A stretch of 45,742 bases of DNA, filler included, from Catajapyx aquilonaris (Eukaryota), in NCBI GenBank assembly GCA_000934665.2. It is 2 parts of 2 records of this genome, joined end to end, with 100 filler letters (N's around TTAATTAATTAA, not from the genome) between each part and the next. Parts side by side here need not be neighbours in the genome. Positions count along the whole stretch, not along the records: positions 23,097 to 45,742 come from JYFJ02005836.1; 1 more part is not named here. The stretch is one strand, 5' to 3'. The notes beneath the pieces were generated by a model. That model did not search any database. It had not been told where the DNA came from and saw only the letters and a program-made list of their open reading frames with translations. Below are positions 38,976 to 45,742 of this stretch, piece by piece (positions within the stretch are counted from its first letter, which is position 1; every line of letters starts with the position of its first letter). A program made the translations under genes and the position numbers.

Positions 38976-39290
38976 GGATGTAGGGTCAAACACGGACAAA
39001 TTAGGTCAGGGTCCTTAATTTGTAACGCTAAACTGAGCACTAAAATATTGTATTTTTCCCGAGCACTTTCTGTCCTTGCCCTTTTCCGCCCTTTTATTGA
39101 GTCATAGAGTGACGTCTTGTTATTGATGGTCACTTGGCCAGCAAACATAAAGGCGGCAAGGTCAGAAATCGTTTAAAACACTACATATTGGCTGTCCGAC
39201 TGATAATGCCATGCGTCACTGTGTCAGAGTGTCGGATTTTATTGGACGGTGCAGACGCATATAATTCGACACTGTGAGGTCTAAAGCGAC

Positions 39291-40667
39291 ATGACACATC
39301 TGGTTTCATTTCGGTCACTTGGCCCTCTCAACAAAGTGGCTGTCATCTTTGGATTGTTTCCGTGGCCTTTGGATGGACACTGGTTATTAAGCCGCTGGCC
39401 GCTTTTTCTCAACATTCTCTTAGCAATAGCGTCATACACGGTTTTCATTGTCCTTGGTACTTCAGGAGCACGACCAGATGAAGTACTACCTGTCTTGTCG
39501 GTAACGGAAAAATACACTCTTTATTCTTCTATCTTTACTTTCGGAATAGCACCATGGATTATTTACACCTCAGTCAATTGCAAGACCAAGAGTCGTACAG
39601 CATTGCTGGAAAGAGTTCTTCTCATTTGCGACAATAATTCCGCCCAAGTGCGCAAGGTGGAATGGACAATTCTGACAATAATTGTGCTGAATGTTGCGGT
39701 CCAAGTGATATGCACAGTGTTGTACGCCAGGAAATTAATATATTCCATTATCGCTTTTCTCCAAAGCTACTTGATCTACGCCATTGTTCCCGGTTACGTG
39801 GCTTACATATCTGTCGCAATTGAGCAAAGATTGAGAGAAATCAACGGGTCCATCACGTACCTGTGCAACCAGAGTCGAAATAGTGTGTTTATGCCACGCA
39901 GCGACTATTCATCTCTAATGAAAGCCGAAGTGCCATTGTCCAAATTGGGCCAACTCTTTTTCGACATTTGCGAATGTACCGAGAGAGTCAGCAGGGATTA
40001 CGGCCCTGCTTTGTGCGTGGTTTTTGTGGGATATGTGACCGAAATTGTCACCAACGTATTTTCTACGATTTATGTCTTGCCGAGGACCACTCTGGATATG
40101 AAAGTGATGATGATTCTGATGGGAATGTTAAGAATCGCGATGATTTGCTACATGACTTTTATGATTGCTAATGTCTCAGATGAGGTAGGTTTCTCTTGTG
40201 AATTTGGCCTTTTGTATCTGTTTGCAATGTTTGTGTAACGGTAAAACTTGCATTTTGCAACCTGCACATGATTTCAGGCGACGACATCTTTGCAAGATCT
40301 GCTCCGCGTCCGCCTCTCAGAGTTGACTCCAAACTGCAAAGCACAGGTGAGTCTGATCATATTTCGCAATTGACCATAATAATTATTCACTCGCGACTTT
40401 CTGATTGCAACTCAGGTGAAAGCACTAATTAGACGCATGAGCGGACCCCCAGTGCAAATCACTGCGGCCAACTTTTTCGCCATCAATCGAGGCCTCATGG
40501 CATCAGTAAGTGTGATTACAGATCCTGGCTTATTTAAAAATTAATCTAAATTTGATTTGAAATATGTACAGATTGCAGGAGCAGTTACAACGTACCTCAT
40601 AGTCTTGGTACAATTTAATGACTCGGAGAATTCACCGGTTGCTAACTGCTCTGCAACATCAAAATGA
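39291..40667 (+). CDS. Gustatory receptor (7tm_7 chemoreceptor), GrC, recent paralog of GrB, 4 exons, 382 aa
   Basis: Exons 39291-40184, 40278-40346, 40416-40505 and 40572-40667. GT-AG phase-0 introns. Ends IAGAVTTYLIVLVQFNDSENSPVANCSATSK*. Confidence 0.92.
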
Positions 40668-42865
40668 AATTACCGAAGAGTGTATACAAAGAAGAAAGAT
40701 CGATGCACGTATGTTAGTTACACAACCTACAGACACCGTTACTGTCACACTTATTACCTATCACAACAAATGTATCAATATTATTGTAAAATGCCTTACT
40801 GATATAATATTAAAAGTTACGATATACTCACTGGAATGTTAATCGCTATTAATTACCTGGCAATGCGTTGAGGCCACTTTCACACCGATGCACATCGAAG
40901 CGAAGCACACCGATGACAATTATGCAGTCAGTCAGCATGTAGTTTTTCATAAAACAATAAATGTTACTAAAGTGATCAAGCATTAGAATGGTCACAACTA
41001 AAATTTCATTTCGTGTAAACGCCTATTTTAAGCCGTATTTCCCGCCAAAATTGCTCAAGTAACGCCTACACTTTAGTCATCATCCTCACAACGCATGTGC
41101 ATACGAACCAATCATCGTAGGAATCCTGCAGCAACGGATCAATGCCAGGCCTCTACCTCATCGACTGTCCTTTGTAAACCTTGACATAAATTTATGCCCT
41201 GGAAAGTATTTATCTCTTCTCGCTCTCACGTACTAGTCCTTCTAGGATCTCAGAAGGTATTTTGTTCCAACAGCACCACGACAAGAAACACTTGGTTGGC
41301 GAGCATCTGCACTCACGCCTCACTGAATACACGTGAAGGGTGGAATGACCTCCTCACACTGAACTTGTGTGGCTCTTTATCCATTACATATTTGGTCTCC
41401 CTCTCGATGATATGATCTGTTCATGTACTGGAATACAACAATAGTTATTCTCATCGCAACTTATATGCAATATTATGGCATGTTCCACAGGCAGGCTCTT
41501 AATATGTCATATCGGCGCAGCAACGTTTTCATCGGTTTTCATTCTCTGAATTACTGACCTTTTAGAAGCAGGGCTTGCAGGACCGGCTGTAATTTTAGGA
41601 GATTCGTCACATAAATTGCGATTGATCATTTTACACAATGTTTTCATGAAATCTATTGATTTGCGTCGTTCAAGGTGCTCATTTCGTGCATGATGCCGAA
41701 TGACCACTTCATGCATCAATGCATGTGGCTTGAAATACGTCATTTAGGATTGGATATCTGTGTGGAATGCTTAACACCCTTTTTGGCTGAGACTTCATGA
41801 AAAGCATATCTTATGGCGATAGTCACGATAATGACAAAATGTAATTGATTTGACAATAATAATGGTGATTATTATTTGTGCTAGCATGACGAGGGGATAG
41901 GAGGATTGTTCATTGAAGCTCTTTTCCCATGGTGTCATGGCATTGTCGTTCTGGGTTTTTCTTTCTTCGTAGAAGTATGGGTCCAAATAATTGCGACATT
42001 GCCTCTTTTTGCCTTATTGCGAACACTTGCAGGACGAGTCCATTGTCGATGTTCACATCCTTTGGCTTCATCATTTTGCCCCCACTGCATGAGTAAGGCG
42101 TGACCCTTAGTAAGTGATGTTTCCCACAATGTCGTGGTTCTGTAGTCCATGTCTCGTTAACAGAATTGATTTCATTACATTGTGGCATTATCACGCCTCA
42201 AGTCATTGTAAAGAACATCGCCAGTAATTACTCCTATTTACCAATTGAGAGTCATGGCTATGTCAAAAAAAATTAGGTTCATACTTGACCGGCTCTGGAA
42301 TTTGACAGTGCGGTAATAGCTGGTGGGTCAGTTGTCAACACACAGCATCGACTGCAATTTCGTGTCATTACGTGCCGTGCATTGGCTAGCTGTAGAAGGT
42401 CTTCCAGGTGGAAGTTGCATTAATCAATTATATTCATAGATTTTTATCAAATCCTAAGATGTCGCCGTTTTCTGCTTAGATTGTCTGTCAGCCGTTCCTG
42501 GTATATCATATTACAATGTGATAGTGCTGGTGCAAAATATTTTCATACATATTAAGCACTAATCACCAATTCACCATCTGTATTTTTGTCAAATTAGCAT
42601 GTATCCTATTGTTCCTTTCTCTTATCAGCGTGACCATTCTGTATGTTTTTGCCACTGTGATTGGTTCGGAATGATGGCAATTTTGTGACAGTAAATGTTA
42701 GGAGAATGAACATAACAATCTCATTAGCCTTGGGAGGAAAAGAATCACCAGCATGTGCCACCAAGTTGGAAAGAACGGTGTGTCTCATCCTATTCTCTCC
42801 ACAGATGGGGCTGTTTCAAGATGTCTTGATGTATTCACTTGCTGTCATTATTATTTTATTTATGT

Positions 42866-43063
42866 GGTCGGACCAAGCAAATGATAATCACTGGAGGCTA
42901 CGTCCAGACTGTAAACTGGTTGGGAGGAAAAATCTCCCAACGTATTTCCGCCAAATTTGTTGTTGTCAAATTGGCCGTGTTGGGACCGGTCATTGTCATG
43001 GAAAAGAATGACATTTCCAGACAACATCCCAGGGCTTTCTTTGTGAATGTTGTGTCTTATGAC
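42866..43063 (-). mobile_element. Decayed mariner transposase fragment, duplicate of 37183-37380
   Basis: Aligns with copy 1 and retains ILFHDN and YSLDVASSDYHLLG. Confidence 0.78.
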
Positions 43064-43119
43064 ACCCTCTTACGTCACAAAACTCATCACATTGGGTTTT
43101 TGTTAAATGAATGTGTTCC

Positions 43120-43510
43120 AAGAGGTTCTAGTGAATTTAGGAATTCTGTCGGGTAGTGCACCACCTGGGCATCGTCTGGGACTGTGTCCACAGACTTGTA
43201 GCAGTGGGAAGGACCAGGTAGTTGGTTGAGGACTTGTGCGTTGATAAGATTGGCGGCGTTGTTTTTCGAAGCTAATATTGCTCTCTCACATAACCAACCC
43301 TGTCTCTGGTAGTTGAGGCAAAGATTGGGAAAGACCTTACATATTAATTCGGCGACAGAGGACACCTTTGTGCCGATCAATCCCATGTCAACATTTCCTA
43401 GGGCTTCGGTTCTAAATTGGCCATTTCCTAATTTCAACAGGTCACGTGCAAATTCCTCTGAGGAGTAGTCACCAAGCAGATAGGCACTCATGTTCGTAGA
43501 GAGATGTAAT
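43120..43510 (-). mobile_element. Helitron helicase fragment, duplicate of ~37998-38381
   Basis: EEFARDLLKLGNG..KVFPNL..WLCERAILASKNN..YKSVDTV..YPTEFLNSLEP. Confidence 0.85.
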
Positions 43511-44102
43511 CCCCATATATATAAAGCTGAAAGTTTGTACATATATTTATCACGCCTCATTAAGCCACTTCCCGGGTACGGAGAGCGCTCAAATTTCTCA
43601 GAGCCATGTCTTACATATCACTGACCCCGAGAAAAGTCTCAAACCAGAACTTTTTTGAGTCTAAGGGGGGATTTCAGCAGATGAAGCAATTGCCTAGCAA
43701 CCCTGGCTGTCAACAAGCCCAAATGATGGATGTGCCTCTCTCACTCACGTTCTAAAATGAAATCAACATACTGCATATTCAACTATGAAAACAATAAAGA
43801 ACAACGGGCAGGTTGGCAAGAATAATAATATTGCAGTACACGTAGGGTATTGTAACAATTAACGGTTGTAGTACTTCGGGGAGTGCCTAGATCAACAATA
43901 CCGAACAATACGGTACTGCACAGTTCATATATCGATGGAACCTGCCACAAGGCACCAGGAAACAGAGGAAAGAAGAGCAGGTATACGTTCGCGTGTTTGG
44001 TCTCAGAAGTGTTGGAGTGATGCCTTCATGTTCAGATTGTGTTATCATCAAATATTTAAAAAAAAAAAATCTGATACAAAATTTTCAAATGTAATTATTT
44101 TA

Positions 44103-44316
44103 AAACCGGGGTTAATGCGAAACGGCGTAAAATGGAGCTGCGTAAAACGGGTACTTCCCGCATGGGAAATCTTTCTTGGCCACTTCACAACCAGCAAGCT
44201 ATCATAATTTCCACGTTATCACAATTTTTCAATTTAAAAATTATATGATGTCATTTTCAAACCGGCGTTAATGTAGAACGGCGTAAAATGGAGGGGTGTA
44301 AAACGGGTACCTACTG
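44103..44316. mobile_element. Two copies of a pogo/Tigger-like MITE terminus
   Basis: aaccgg.gttaatg...aacggcgtaaaatggag..g.gtaaaacgggtac occurs twice; the second ends ctactg-TA (CAGT terminus on the minus strand). Confidence 0.45.
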
Positions 44317-44502
44317 TATTATTTTGATAATTGGACGGTGTTATGCAATAATGCCTCAACCCACATGAGAACAGTTTTGAGAAAAGGGGCTTGAAGGTCA
44401 ATACCTGTGAAATTAATTCCGTGTTCTTTCCGGTCATTTATGGCAGAAGTATGCACATTTCACCTGCGTGATTTTAACTGAATGAAGTAGGATCCTTCAG
44501 GT

Positions 44503-45201
44503 CAGGGTTCTTAGCCTGGGGTGCCCGCGCACCTCCAGGGGGTGCGATAGGTGGCTTCCCTGGGGGTGCGAGCAAGCTAGGTGCACCTCTGGACTTAATC
44601 TATAGTCCCCGGCGGGTTAAATTGGCAGTCCCCCCACCCAACACTCCCAGCCAATGGCGTGCCTGGATTGCGATGGGGGGTAACGGAGGAGTCGAGGTGG
44701 AGTGGGGCTGAGTGACTTTCACCGGAACATCCGCAGGATCAGTCGCCGGATGCTTTGCCGGATGCTAGGCCGGATGCTTGAAACCATGTGTACAAATTGT
44801 AATTAAAGGTTTTCTTTAAGATGTGTGTCGCAACAATTCACGTCATCAATATTTCCAATTTTAATTGTCATCACAGTAGTCCTTAAGAGGTCAGCGTGGC
44901 GGAGGGATGTGACGTAGAAGGCAGCGAGAGGTAGGGCAACGAGCATGGCAACGAGGTTGGGGCTATGGGGTAGAGCTTCGGGTAGAGGAGGTAGGCAGTG
45001 GCGGGGAGAGGTGGGGGGGCAAGAGGGGGCGTTGCCAGAAACCCCCACCCTGACACATTAGGAGGCAGTCTACTATAACCAAGAGCTAATAACTGGTCTA
45101 ACTATGAACGTAATCAATCACCCCTGGTAAAGGGGGTGCGACAAGGACCAATATAGTGTCTACAAAGGGGTGCGGAGGCCCGAAAAGGTTAAGAACCTCT
45201 G
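44503..45201. mobile_element. Non-autonomous hAT element with 8-bp TSD
   Basis: TIRs cagggttcttagcct / aggttaagaacctctg. Flanks cttcaggt (44495-44502) and ctttaggt (45202-45209). Subterminal gggggtgcg repeats at both ends. Confidence 0.8.
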
Positions 45202-45373
45202 CTTTAGGTGTATGTTCCTGGGCTTGGCTCAATTTTGACATTTTTTGTGGGTTGACCCATTATTTCATTTATTTCACTGTCCAATTTTCCCTCCGCTTTC
45301 GATCACATCTGTGTACGTTGACTGACACCAAGTTCAACATATGTACCAGACACTACACACGGGTTTGCTGCTA

Positions 45374-45742
45374 TTAATTAATTAATTAATTAATTTTATT
45401 TATTTATTTATTTTATTTTATTTACCCCGTGATACAACTACTTGGTCGTTATAGGGGGGTGGCAGACCACCATACAGTTTTCTAATTGTTTTTACTTCGA
45501 TCACCGGTGCAAGGATTATTACTAGGAAATAGGGTAAGGGTTGGGGATTTGGGGAGGGGACACATGTGCAGGTGCATTGTCCAGCGGTGGGCCAGGTGCA
45601 GTCCCCCAGGAGGCCAGGTTGCCAAGACGCCTCCTTAGGCACGGGTCACGACCCATTGACGCAAGCGAAAGGTTTGCTCCCGGGTGGGGATTTGAACCCG
45701 GGACCTTACGCATAGCAAGCCGAGACGTTACCATCTCGGCCA
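45374..45742 (-). mobile_element. tRNA-derived SINE, head cut by the window edge
   Basis: Minus strand tgccgagatggtaa (A box-like), ggttcaaatcc (B box), a unique body, then a (TAAA)n(TTAA)n tail. Confidence 0.8.

Larger units (their letters stand above)
32326..43510 (+). repeat. Tandem segmental duplication: unit 1 32326-38977, unit 2 38978-~43510 (with internal indels)
   Basis: Both units start atgtagggtcaaaca and share, in order: Gr upstream region, Gr gene, 3' flank, the 35840-37400 / 41508-43090 block, a mariner fragment and a Helitron fragment. Confidence 0.88.

Noticed and set aside
45660..45742. Bona fide tRNA gene (also 15755-15826)
   Set aside because: A and B boxes are present, but I could not form a convincing cloverleaf or acceptor stem, and each continues into a body and tail typical of SINEs.

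Overview
Repeat-rich eukaryotic DNA, most likely from an insect or other arthropod. It is not prokaryotic, so most short ORFs in the track are noise. An artificial 100-bp scaffold linker (44N-TTAATTAATTAA-44N, 22997-23096) splits the window. The left part is intergenic and holds MITEs, foldbacks, minisatellites and a tRNA-derived SINE. The right part carries a cluster of gustatory receptor (Gr, 7tm_7-type) genes on the + strand. Two are complete four-exon genes (32623-34002 and 39291-40667) with three 3' phase-0 introns and the TYLIVLVQF TM7 motif. A third, divergent first exon (31345-32265) has no 3' exons of its own and probably splices onto the neighbour's shared exons. The second complete gene arose from a ~6.65-kb tandem duplication whose junction falls inside a decayed Helitron Pif1-helicase gene. 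The two paralogs differ heavily in protein sequence while intron 1 is almost identical. Decayed mariner fragments, a hAT MITE, further SINEs and an unidentified decayed coding-like region (~25-29.6 kb) are also present. All calls were made by eye, without database searches.
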